A stretch of 64,000 bases of DNA from Spirochaetia bacterium (GTDB lineage: Bacteria > Spirochaetota > Spirochaetia > SZUA-6 > Bin103). Position numbers and translations under genes: made by a program. Positions within the stretch are counted from its first letter, which is position 1, and every line of letters begins with the position of its first letter. This document shows, piece after piece, positions 7,202-20,300 of this stretch. The stretch spans positions 1,120,001 through 1,184,000 of the forward strand of contig CBDBOV010000004.1 of the NCBI GenBank assembly GCA_965208575.1. Reading direction: 5' to 3'. Under the pieces are notes generated by a model. That model ran no database searches, was not told the DNA's origin, and was given only the letters and a program-made list of their open reading frames with translations.

Positions 7202-9646
7202 CCTACGCTGGATTCTTCTCGGCAGCTTTCGGAGCGAGCGCTACGCCGTTTGCATACCAGCGAGCGCTTGCCGAGCGTGACTGGCCGGAAGCACTCATCG
7301 CACCGACAGGTCTTGGCAAAACTGCAGCGGTAGTTCTCGCTTGGCTGTGGAAACGTGCTACCGCGCCGGAGACTGCGCCACGGCGTTTGGTGTACTGCCT
7401 CCCTATGCGCACGCTCGCCGACCAGACGGCGCGCAACGTGGTGGCATGGCTGCGCCGGCTCGCTCCGCTCCTCGCTGACTGGGAGGCTCGTCTCCCGCGC
7501 CCAGAGACCGACGTCCACGTGCTCAAGGGCGGGGTGGACGAGCCGCGTTGGTACGAACACCCGGAGCGTCCGACGATTCTCATCGGGACTCAGGACATGC
7601 TGATAAGCCGCGCACTGATGCGCGGATACGCAATGAGCCGCTTCCGCTGGCCGGTCGACTTCGCCCTGCTCCACAACGACGCGCAGTGGGTGTTCGACGA
7701 AGTCCAGCTCATGAGTTCGGGGCTGGCGACTTCCACGCAGCTTGAAGGATTCCGGCGCCGATTCGGGACCGCGGTCGACTCTGCCAGCCTTTGGGTCTCG
7801 GCGACGCTGCACCCGGAGTGGCTGCGCACGGTCGATGGGCCGGCCAATCCGACCGTGTGGCGGGTGCCGGACGATTTTCCCGGCGACAAGGAGTCGCCCG
7901 CGGTGCGCAGGCGGATCGACGCGCCGAAACACATCGCACCGTCACGGGTGCGACCGGCAAGCGCCCGGAAGGCGGATCTGAGTGCCTACGTGCGGGAACT
8001 GGCCGGAGAAGCCCTCGCCTGTCATCAGCCGGGTACGATGACGCTGGTGATCCTCAACACGGTCGCCCGCGCGCAGCAGGTGCACGCCGCCCTCGTCAGG
8101 CACGGAACACCGTCCGACCGCCTGGCTCTGGTCCACTCCCGGTTTCGCCATGCCGACCGTACCGAGCAAATGACCAAGCTCCGACAACCGCTTACCACCG
8201 ACGGCCTGATCGTCGTCACCACGCAGGCGATCGAGGCTGGCGTCGACCTGTCCGCCGCCACGCTGATCACCGAACTCGCCCCGGCTTCTTCGTTGGTGCA
8301 GCGATTCGGCCGGGTGAACCGCTACGGCGAGTTGAATGAGAGCGGCGGCGCAACCGTCCGCTGGGTCGATCTTGCCGACATTGATGACACGCTCGCCGCA
8401 CCGTACGAACCGCGGGAGTTGACCACCGGCCGCGCGCGCATTGCACACCTGAGAGATGCCCGGCCGGCGCATCTTTCACCCCCGGCGCCTGAAGACTGCC
8501 GCCATCGCTGGGTAATCCGCGGTAAGGACCTGATCGACTTGTATGACACCGACCCGGACCTCACCGGATTCGACGTCGACGTCTCGCCGTACGTACGCGA
8601 CGCGGAAGACACCGACGTCCAGGTGTTCTGGCGCGACTTCGACCGTTCCGAAGGACCGGTCGGCCAGCCGCCTCCGGGGCACGAAGAGCTGTGCTCGGTG
8701 CCGATCGGACAGGCACGCGACTGGCTCAAGAAGGTGCGGGAGAAGCAGCGGCTGCGCCCGTATCAGGCCGATCCGCAGGCGCGGCGGCGCGGCGGCGCAT
8801 CGCACCACACCTCGTGGGTACCGCTCGACTCCCCCCCGTGGCCCGGTCTTGTGCTGATGTTCCACGTAGGAGCAGGCGGATACTCGTCAGCGACCGGATT
8901 CGACGCCGCCGAAACGGAGCCGGTCGTACCGGTGGGCCGCGCGGAAGAAGATGCTCGGGTAGCCGAGTCGCTCGACACGGATCCCGACAGCGAGCATCCG
9001 GCAGTGCCGCTGACCGCTCATCTCCGGCACGTGGCGACCGAGGGAGAACGGCTGTGTGACGCACTCGGGGTCTCCGCCGGCAACGCCGAGATCGCACTCG
9101 CGGCGCGCTGGCATGACATCGGAAAGTCACACCCGACGTTTCAGGAGCGCCTCGGCGTGAGCGCTACCGGCGCGCTGCTCGCCAAGGCGCCGCACTACGA
9201 CGTGACCCGAGGGCGCCCCTACTTCCGCCATGAACTGGCGTCTGCGCTGGCGTATCTCACCCACGCCGGGTGGGTGCGTGGCGCCGACCTGGTCGCGTAC
9301 CTCATCGCTGCCCACCACGGCAAGGTGCGCATGAACCTGCGTGCGCTGCCGGCGGAATCGCCGGCCACGAGCGCCGATGGCAATCCCGATACGCGCCGCT
9401 TCGCACGCGGCGTATGGGAGGGTGACGAGCTTCCGGAGGTCGACCTGCCGGCCGGCGAGAAGTGGAACGGCGGCGCACTGACCCTGGCGGTCATGGAACT
9501 GGGAGACGATGATCGAACCGGAGCGAGTTGGACCGAACGGACGCGCAACCTCCTGGAACGGTATGGGCCGTTTCGACTCGCATTCCTGGAATCCTTGCTG
9601 AGGGTCGCCGACTGGCGCGCATCGGCTACCGAAGAGGCAAACGGCT

Positions 9647-9657
<11 letters not shown>
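7198..9657 (+). CDS. cas3: Type I-G (I-U) Cas3 helicase with C-terminal HD nuclease
   Basis: APTGLGKT Walker A, DEVQ, SAT, QRFGRVNR helicase motifs; C-terminal H..HDIGK, RHELAS, HHG, ADWRAS; C-terminal HD is the I-G hallmark. Confidence 0.95.
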
Positions 9658-12911
<3,254 letters not shown>

Positions 12912-12924
12912 GTCGCCCGCTGAC

Positions 12925-14646
12925 ATGCTCGCGCTGTCGTTCAGCTTCCCGGCACATCGCTACCACGCCACGCCTTGGGGCCGTCACGTCAACGAAGCGG
13001 ACGTCGCATGGCCGCCGGAGCCGTGGCGGATACTCCGAGCCCTGATCGCCGCGTACTGGCGCAAGGGAACCTGTAATGACTGGTCGAAGGAAGATGCCAC
13101 GAGCCTGATCGATGCACTCGCCGCGGCGCCGCCGATATATCATCTGCCGGAAGGCACCGTGCATGCGCATACCCGACACTACATGCCGGCGCCGACCAAG
13201 ACCACGCTCGTGTTCGATGCGTTCGCTCACCTGCCGGACGGCGCAGCGATCGTCGCGGCGTGGCCGGAGTTGGTACTGGAGCCGCGGCAGTTCGCGCTGG
13301 CCGCCGACCTTGCCGAAGGCATCGGATACCTTGGACGCGCCGAGAGCTGGGTGGAGTGCACCGCGCTTACGAAGTGGGACGTTACTCTGGCGAACTGCCT
13401 GCCGGAGGATTACTCGGGGAACGGATCCGGCGAGATGGTGGGGGTGTTGACGCCGCTCACCGCGTCCGCTTACGCCGCGCGGCGGGCGCGCCTCCTCGGG
13501 CAGGCAGACGCCGACGAACGAGCCGCCGCTCACGCCGCCGCGAAGCGTCCGCCTACCGAAGGAGTGTTGCGCCGGAAGCGGGACCGGACCTTCGGCGTCA
13601 CGCTGCCCGAGCGCCTCATGGATGCGGTTGCGGTCGATACCGCGGACTTCCAGAAGCACGGCTGGAATCGGCCGCCCGCCGCACATGAAGTCAGTTACCG
13701 GCGCGCACCTCTCTCACCCCACCCGCGCCGTCCCGCGGGTCGAAGCGATCGCCCGCTCGATCGCTCCCGCTACACCGTAGCGCGCTATCTGCTCGCCGGC
13801 CGCCCGCAGCCGCGCATCGAAGACGCGGTCAAGATCGGCGAGCTGATGCGCGTAGCCGCGCTTTCCAAGTTCGGCTGGGAGAAGGATCCGCGCACGGGGC
13901 GCGGCAGACCCCTGGCACCGCCGGAGATCTCCGGGCGTGGCGAGGGCAACACGCCGTTGCGCGACGCGCACCACTCGCACGCGTTCTGGCTTCCGGAAGA
14001 TGCCGATGGCGACGGTCTGATCGACCACGTGTGCGTGTGCGCCGCCACCGGATTCGACGACCGCGCGCGAGTGGCATTGGATCGACTGACGCGCCTGTGG
14101 CTGCGGACCGGCACCTCGGAAGATTCGGCTGACCGCGACGGCGGGGGGCGCCGCGAGTGGCGGCTCGCGCTGGAGGGGTTCGGCACCTGCGATGAGTTCG
14201 CGCAAGCGTCCGCTTTGTTTCGCCGCGCGCGCACGTGGCAAAGCGTTACCCCCTTCCTGTCGACCGGCCACCTGAAACGGACGCGGGACGCACGCCAGGT
14301 ACGCCACATGCTGGAGCAGGGCCAACCGGTTGACGGCACCCTGGCGGACGCCACCGGCTACCCGCGCGAAGTGCGCCGTCTGCTGCAACGCCGCGGCATA
14401 CTCGCCGGCCCGCTCGCCGAGCAACTCGAGATCGAAATCCTGCCCCACATCGAGGTACACGGCGCTCCGCGCCGCCCCCTGCAATTCCACCGCTTCCGCT
14501 CCCGCGGCCGCGAAGCTGCCACCGATGCCCACGGAACCCTGCTCCGCCTCCGGTTCCCCGACGAGGTCCGCGGCCCCCTCGCACTCGGCTACGGCTGCCA
14601 CTTCGGCCTCGGCCTGTTCGCCGCCTGCGAGGAGCAGCCCACATGA
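12925..14646 (+). CDS. csb2: Type I-G Cas5-Cas6 fusion (Csb2)
   Basis: YHATPWGRHVNEADVAWPPEPWRILRAL, YLGRAESW, C-terminal Cas6 G-loop GPLALGYGCHFGLGLF. Confidence 0.93.
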   Translation: MLALSFSFPAHRYHATPWGRHVNEADVAWPPEPWRILRALIAAYWRKGTCNDWSKEDATSLIDALAAAPPIYHLPEGTVHAHTRHYMPAPTKTTLVFDAFAHLPDGAAIVAAWPELVLEPRQFALAADLAEGIGYLGRAESWVECTALTKWDVTLANCLPEDYSGNGSGEMVGVLTPLTASAYAARRARLLGQADADERAAAHAAAKRPPTEGVLRRKRDRTFGVTLPERLMDAVAVDTADFQKHGWNRPPAAHEVSYRRAPLSPHPRRPAGRSDRPLDRSRYTVARYLLAGRPQPRIEDAVKIGELMRVAALSKFGWEKDPRTGRGRPLAPPEISGRGEGNTPLRDAHHSHAFWLPEDADGDGLIDHVCVCAATGFDDRARVALDRLTRLWLRTGTSEDSADRDGGGRREWRLALEGFGTCDEFAQASALFRRARTWQSVTPFLSTGHLKRTRDARQVRHMLEQGQPVDGTLADATGYPREVRRLLQRRGILAGPLAEQLEIEILPHIEVHGAPRRPLQFHRFRSRGREAATDAHGTLLRLRFPDEVRGPLALGYGCHFGLGLFAACEEQPT

Positions 14647-14779
14647 CGAACTGCCAAGGTTGCCGATGCAGACTCCCCGTAAGTGACGGTCGATCCGCGC
14701 ACACTCGGTGGATAATGCGCGCCACTGACAGACACTGGACACGAGACGGCATCCGCGACCGGCCTCCTTGGGTATAGCG

Positions 14780-15280
14780 ATGGCACGCTGGATTGGTCCC
14801 GACCGAGACATCAGCGACGTTCTGGCCGCAGCCGAGCTGTGGCGCGATCGGTGCTTCCTGGGTGGCGGCTCGGTGTTCGGAGACGAGGCCCTGTGGGCGC
14901 TGGAGAATATTCAACAGGTCCGCGAGTTGTGTCCGGCTGAGAAAAAAGAGACAAGCGATGCTGCTTGGGCGCGGCTCAAGCAGCAATTGACCAACGCGAC
15001 GCCTCAGGTGATTCGTATGACCGCAGAGGCGGTGTGGCTGGCGTACCTGTTTCCGAGCGGTCCGCCCGGCGCGTTCAAGCGCCAGCGCTTCATGGAGTTG
15101 TGGGCGCTGTCCGGTGCCGAGCGGCCACGGAGCGGGCACCTGAGCGACTCGGCACTCCAGGGCATAGGAAGTGTCTATGGCGCGCATTTTAGAATCAGCA
15201 ATCCATTGCGCTTTCTGATGGAATTGCTGGAGCGCTGGGCAGCACGACCGACCACGGCGCTGCCAAGAGAGCGCCGGTGA
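14780..15280 (+). CDS. Stand-alone or truncated protein resembling the N-terminal domain of some McrB-like AAA+ restriction proteins
   Basis: AAELWRDRCFLGGGSVFGDEALW...LKQQL...AEAVWLAYLFP pattern recalled from McrB-family N-termini; no ATPase domain follows. Confidence 0.5.
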   Translation: MARWIGPDRDISDVLAAAELWRDRCFLGGGSVFGDEALWALENIQQVRELCPAEKKETSDAAWARLKQQLTNATPQVIRMTAEAVWLAYLFPSGPPGAFKRQRFMELWALSGAERPRSGHLSDSALQGIGSVYGAHFRISNPLRFLMELLERWAARPTTALPRERR

Positions 15281-15386
15281 CTACGAAAGCCAGGAGAGTC
15301 GAGCATCGTTTGGCTTCCGCCGCCGCGCACGTTCCGCAGCGGGGACGCTCGACAAGACGCGGCGTTACGCGCGACTCTCAAGATCA

Positions 15387-16280
15387 ATGAAAGAGACCCG
15401 CCCTCGGAAGGCCAGCACGACCGCGATACTGGTGGCCGCGGTGCGCGCCAGCCACCTCAGGTGGAATCGCGCGCCAATCTTCTCTGACCAGCACGCCATC
15501 GAGCTGGTGACGCCGTTCTGGCGGCTGGTCGCCAACAACTGGTTGCTGAACCGACTCGTGGTCGACGTGCTGATCCGCACGCTCAAGCCCACGCACACCG
15601 TGATCATCCTGCGCATCAGGTACGCGGAGGACCGGCTCCATGAGGCGATCTCGTCCGGGGTGCGGCAGTACGTGATCCTCGGAGCCGGGCTCGACACGTT
15701 CGCCCTTCGCCATCGCGAGCTGGCGGATCGGCTGCGCATCTACGAAGTCGATCATCCGGCATCGCAGGAGATGAAGCGAGAGCAACTTGGCCGCGTTGGC
15801 AGCTCGCTGCCTTCGAATCTACGGTTCGTACCGGTCGACTTCGAGACCGACCGCCTCGACGAGGCACTCATCCGGGCCGGCTTCGACCGTGAAGCTCCGG
15901 CCTTCTTTGCGTGGCTTGGCGTCACGTGCTACCTGACGACAGAGGCCGTGACCGACACGATCGGCCAGGTTGCCGCTCTTGCCGCGCCGGGCAGCCGCAT
16001 GGTGCTCGACTACCGGTATCCGCGGCGCCTTGTTCCCGATGCCAAGCTGGCGCTCGTCGAGAAGATGGACCGATTCGTGGAACGCCGCGGTGAGCCGATG
16101 CTGTCAGAATACGGCCCCGAGGAGATCGACACTGAGATGGAGCGGGCCGGCTTCACGGCGATCGATCACGTCTCGCCGACCGAACAAGTGCGGCGCTACC
16201 TGCAGGAACGCCGCGACATCCCCGAGCCGCCCCCCAACTTCGCGTTCGCCCTGTTCGAGAAGAGCAGCACGAGCAAGTGA
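15387..16280 (+). CDS. Class I SAM-dependent methyltransferase (LCM/TIGR00027-like)
   Basis: QYVILGAGLDT, YEVDHP, VPVDFE, WLGVTCYL motifs. Confidence 0.9.
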   Translation: MKETRPRKASTTAILVAAVRASHLRWNRAPIFSDQHAIELVTPFWRLVANNWLLNRLVVDVLIRTLKPTHTVIILRIRYAEDRLHEAISSGVRQYVILGAGLDTFALRHRELADRLRIYEVDHPASQEMKREQLGRVGSSLPSNLRFVPVDFETDRLDEALIRAGFDREAPAFFAWLGVTCYLTTEAVTDTIGQVAALAAPGSRMVLDYRYPRRLVPDAKLALVEKMDRFVERRGEPMLSEYGPEEIDTEMERAGFTAIDHVSPTEQVRRYLQERRDIPEPPPNFAFALFEKSSTSK

Positions 16281-16360
16281 TCCGTGCTCCCGTTCGCTGT
16301 GGCGCGGCCCGGCGGCTCCACCTGCGGAGCGTCAGGGCGCCGCACGAACGCACCGCGGAC

Positions 16361-16580
16361 GCGGACAATCCCGACCGCGAACTGGTCGAGAAGCGAGCCG
16401 ACTACGCGGAGACCGGCATCCCGGAGTACTGGATCGCCGACCCGCGCGACGAGACGATTCGCGTGCTGACGCTGCGGGGCACCGCCTACTTCGAGCAAGC
16501 TGTGTATCGACACGGCAACGCGGCGCCGTCGGCTCTGCTCGCCCGCTTCTCTGCCGAGGTGAGCACGGTGTTCGACTCCC
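16361..16580 (+). pseudogene. Uma2 (DUF820) endonuclease C-terminal fragment
   Basis: DNPDRELVEKRADYAETGIPEYWIADP..IRVLTL; N-terminal catalytic half and native start missing; boundaries approximate. Confidence 0.75.
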
Positions 16581-16627
16581 CGGTGGCCGGCGTGCAGCCC
16601 TTCGTATCGCCGAGCGACCGTGCTGTT

Positions 16628-17245
16628 TCATCCAAAGAGACTGCGGTAATCGCCGCGGAACACCAACGGTTGGAGACGCCTGTTCTCCTGCGTGACCGGC
16701 CCGCCCGACAGAATCTGACGTGCTCGCAGAGCATCGGAATCGTCGAGAAAGCTACCGGTATGGACGAAGTGATCGGGAAAGAGCAGGTCGAACTCCGTGC
16801 GATAGCCGTCGTCAATGATCACGAAGCGCCCGACGTCCGGGTGCGTGTCCAGGTACTGCTTTACTTCGCCTGCGCGGTAATGCGGCGCACCCAGGTGGTC
16901 GCACGTGCGATCAGTGACCAGGTGATCGAGGTCGTGAATGCGGAACAGCGCCTGGAGTTGCGCCACCGACCGCCGTTGCCGCCAATCCGAACTGACCACG
17001 ACCTTTGCGTCGTGGTCGTCGCATAGCGCGCGCAGCCGCGCCACCGCCACGGCGTGCCAGTCATGGACGACGGCTCCCAGGTCGTACTCGTTCACCTCCC
17101 GGTATTCGGCGCCGAACCGCTCGGCGAGGCGTTCCCGCAACGCGACGAGGTCGTGCTTGAAACGCTTCTGGCTCGACGGCGGCTGCAACACTCCGTCGAT
17201 GTCCAGGAAGACGATCCGGCTCGTAGGTGGGCTATCGTGCATCAA
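16628..17245 (-). CDS. HAD-superfamily phosphatase (Swiss-army-knife RNA-repair-like HAD domain)
   Basis: VFLDIDGVL (DxD), VVVSSDWR, R..EV..YL, FVIIDD motifs. Confidence 0.8.
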   Translation of the reverse strand: MMHDSPPTSRIVFLDIDGVLQPPSSQKRFKHDLVALRERLAERFGAEYREVNEYDLGAVVHDWHAVAVARLRALCDDHDAKVVVSSDWRQRRSVAQLQALFRIHDLDHLVTDRTCDHLGAPHYRAGEVKQYLDTHPDVGRFVIIDDGYRTEFDLLFPDHFVHTGSFLDDSDALRARQILSGGPVTQENRRLQPLVFRGDYRSLFG

Positions 17246-17373
17246 TAGGTACCATCCCGAGAGTCCTCGGTTGTGCCGCCGCGCGTCAACAACGCGTCCA
17301 ATCCGTTACTCTTGAGGAGCGGGACGAGCCTCCCTGCAAGCCTGCATGATAACTAGTTGACTGTGCAGGTGAC

Positions 17374-20300
17374 GCTTCAATGAGGCCGCCGGAATTCACC
17401 GGCGGAAACGTGGGCGGGTGGCAGATTCGCACGACCATCCCGTTCGGCGCTTCAATGAGGCCGCCGGAATTCACCGGCGGAAACGTCTGGGCAAACGAAA
17501 CGCTGAGGTGCACTTCGTCAAGCTTCAATGAGGCCGCCGGAATTCACCGGCGGAAACCCGACTCACCGCAGGTCGCAAAGCGTTTCGTAGGCTACCGGCT
17601 TCAATGAGGCCGCCGGAATTCACCGGCGGAAACCTCCCCTCGGTGTAGGACGCCCCCACGAGCGACACGCCGCTTCAATGAGGCCGCCGGAATTCACCGG
17701 CGGAAACACGCCGTAGAACCCCAGGTCCTCGTAGTGCCCCTCGTAGCTTCAATGAGGCCGCCGGAATTCACCGGCGGAAACACGCCGTAGAACCCCAGGT
17801 CCTCGTAGTGCCCCTCGTAGCTTCAATGAGGCCGCCGGAATTCACCGGCGGAAACTACTTCTTTTCGACCTTGTGAACCTCTACGTTCGTGAAGCTTCAA
17901 TGAGGCCGCCGGAATTCACCGGCGGAAACAACATCATCGGCGCGCTTGCCGGTTGCAAGCCAATTAGCGCTTCAATGAGGCCGCCGGAATTCACCGGCGG
18001 AAACGACACGCGGCCGCGGTGCTGCACGCGGGAAGCGGCGCTTCAATGAGGCCGCCGGAATTCACCGGCGGAAACCGTGGTGAGCGCCATGCTTGCCTGT
18101 CTGGTGTTCATCATGCTTCAATGAGGCCGCCGGAATTCACCGGCGGAAACATCACACAAAGCCTGCCGAGCGCATGGTCGCTAATCTCGCTTCAATGAGG
18201 CCGCCGGAATTCACCGGCGGAAACCGCATACCTGCTCGGTCGTGCCGTCAGCACGGCGCAGCGTGCTTCAATGAGGCCGCCGGAATTCACCGGCGGAAAC
18301 CAGCTTCCTCGTATGCTGCAGCAGTTAGCAGAATATGTCTGCTTCAATGAGGCCGCCGGAATTCACCGGCGGAAACCAGGTTGCACAGCCCGGCATCCAC
18401 GGGGTGTGCGAAGCTTCAATGAGGCCGCCGGAATTCACCGGCGGAAACGCCGACCCGGAGGTCACGTTCAACACGCGCCCGGCGGGGCTTCAATGAGGCC
18501 GCCGGAATTCACCGGCGGAAACTTGAAGATCATAGACCGAGACGTCGAAATGCGGCACGGCTTCAATGAGGCCGCCGGAATTCACCGGCGGAAACACGGC
18601 ATAATCATCTACCGGAGTAGCGGAATTGGAAACGCTTCAATGAGGCCGCCGGAATTCACCGGCGGAAACTACGCTTAGCTTCCGGGTTCTTAATCCGTGT
18701 AGATTCATGCTTCAATGAGGCCGCCGGAATTCACCGGCGGAAACCATCCTGTACATGATGGTACATTTGAGTACCATTAGGCGGCTTCAATGAGGCCGCC
18801 GGAATTCACCGGCGGAAACACCGATGAAAATTCTGGAGCGCCGGCGCGAACGGCTCCTGCTTCAATGAGGCCGCCGGAATTCACCGGCGGAAACATGTAT
18901 CGCGGCGCCGCGCGCGTCCGATACCTGCACGCTTCAATGAGGCCGCCGGAATTCACCGGCGGAAACCAGCGCTGCGTTTCGATGGCGCTGGCAACCCAGC
19001 CATCGAGCTTCAATGAGGCCGCCGGAATTCACCGGCGGAAACCACCCATAGGCCGACCGGGGTTTGCGCCGGCCCCTTCCGCTTCAATGAGGCCGCCGGA
19101 ATTCACCGGCGGAAACCCCGCCCGGATCTCGGGTGGAAGACAAGATCGCCTGGGCGCTTCAATGAGGCCGCCGGAATTCACCGGCGGAAACACCCGAACT
19201 GACCCGGAGGGTACAGTTGACGAAAAGCCGCTTCAATGAGGCCGCCGGAATTCACCGGCGGAAACGGCTCACAGGACTTGATACACGCCGCGCAACAACA
19301 GGCTTCAATGAGGCCGCCGGAATTCACCGGCGGAAACACCGGGACGGACGTTACCCTGGAGACGGAGACGCACGCTTCAATGAGGCCGCCGGAATTCACC
19401 GGCGGAAACGCGTTCTGGGAACGACTCGACGAGGAGTACGGCAACACCGCTTCAATGAGGCCGCCGGAATTCACCGGCGGAAACCCGTTCGAGCAATTCA
19501 TGGCGCAGCGTGAGGCGCTGCGCTTCAATGAGGCCGCCGGAATTCACCGGCGGAAACTACTATTGTCGCACATCCGTCAACCCCCGTCAACCCCTGCTTC
19601 AATGAGGCCGCCGGAATTCACCGGCGGAAACGTCACCGGACTCGGCGCGTGGATCGACGGCGCGTTCGGGGCTTCAATGAGGCCGCCGGAATTCACCGGC
19701 GGAAACCCGTCCCCTCCGGGATCGGATCACTCCCATCATCCCCGCGCTTCAATGAGGCCGCCGGAATTCACCGGCGGAAACACTGACCCCGGAGGGTCAA
19801 CCAGTGACGAAAAGTCAGCTTCAATGAGGCCGCCGGAATTCACCGGCGGAAACACGCCGTTCAGCGCGACATTGAGCGACTGCCGATCGCCGCTTCAATG
19901 AGGCCGCCGGAATTCACCGGCGGAAACACGCCGTTCAGCGCGACATTGAGCGACTGCCGATGGCCGCTTCAATGAGGCCGCCGGAATTCACCGGCGGAAA
20001 CGTTTCGACCGCCTCAGGATGCCCGCACAGCGCGATTCCGCTTCAATGAGGCCGCCGGAATTCACCGGCGGAAACCAGCGGCCGCCGTGCCAGCGCAGAT
20101 ACTCATTCACCGCCGCTTCAATGAGGCCGCCGGAATTCACCGGCGGAAACCCATCCGCACCACCCTTGTCGAACCGCTGGAGGAGGGGGCTTCAATGAGG
20201 CCGCCGGAATTCACCGGCGGAAACTGCGCCGACGAGGTCGTCCGCTTGTGTGAAGATGACGCCGCTTCAATGAGGCCGCCGGAATTCACCGGCGGAAACC

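Noticed and set aside
15276-15286. GACTACG seed match to the mini-array spacer
   Set aside because: 7 nt only and preceded by GGT, not TTN
16277-17026. 249-aa ORF as an intact gene
   Set aside because: Only ~16361-16580 resembles Uma2; the rest is antisense to the HAD gene
17305-17340. Possible degenerate terminal repeat before the first array repeat
   Set aside because: Only TGAGG is shared; no hairpin or spacing support
19192-19229. CTGA...GAAA in spacer suggesting a hammerhead ribozyme
   Set aside because: Lacks the CUGAnGA core and correct stem arrangement
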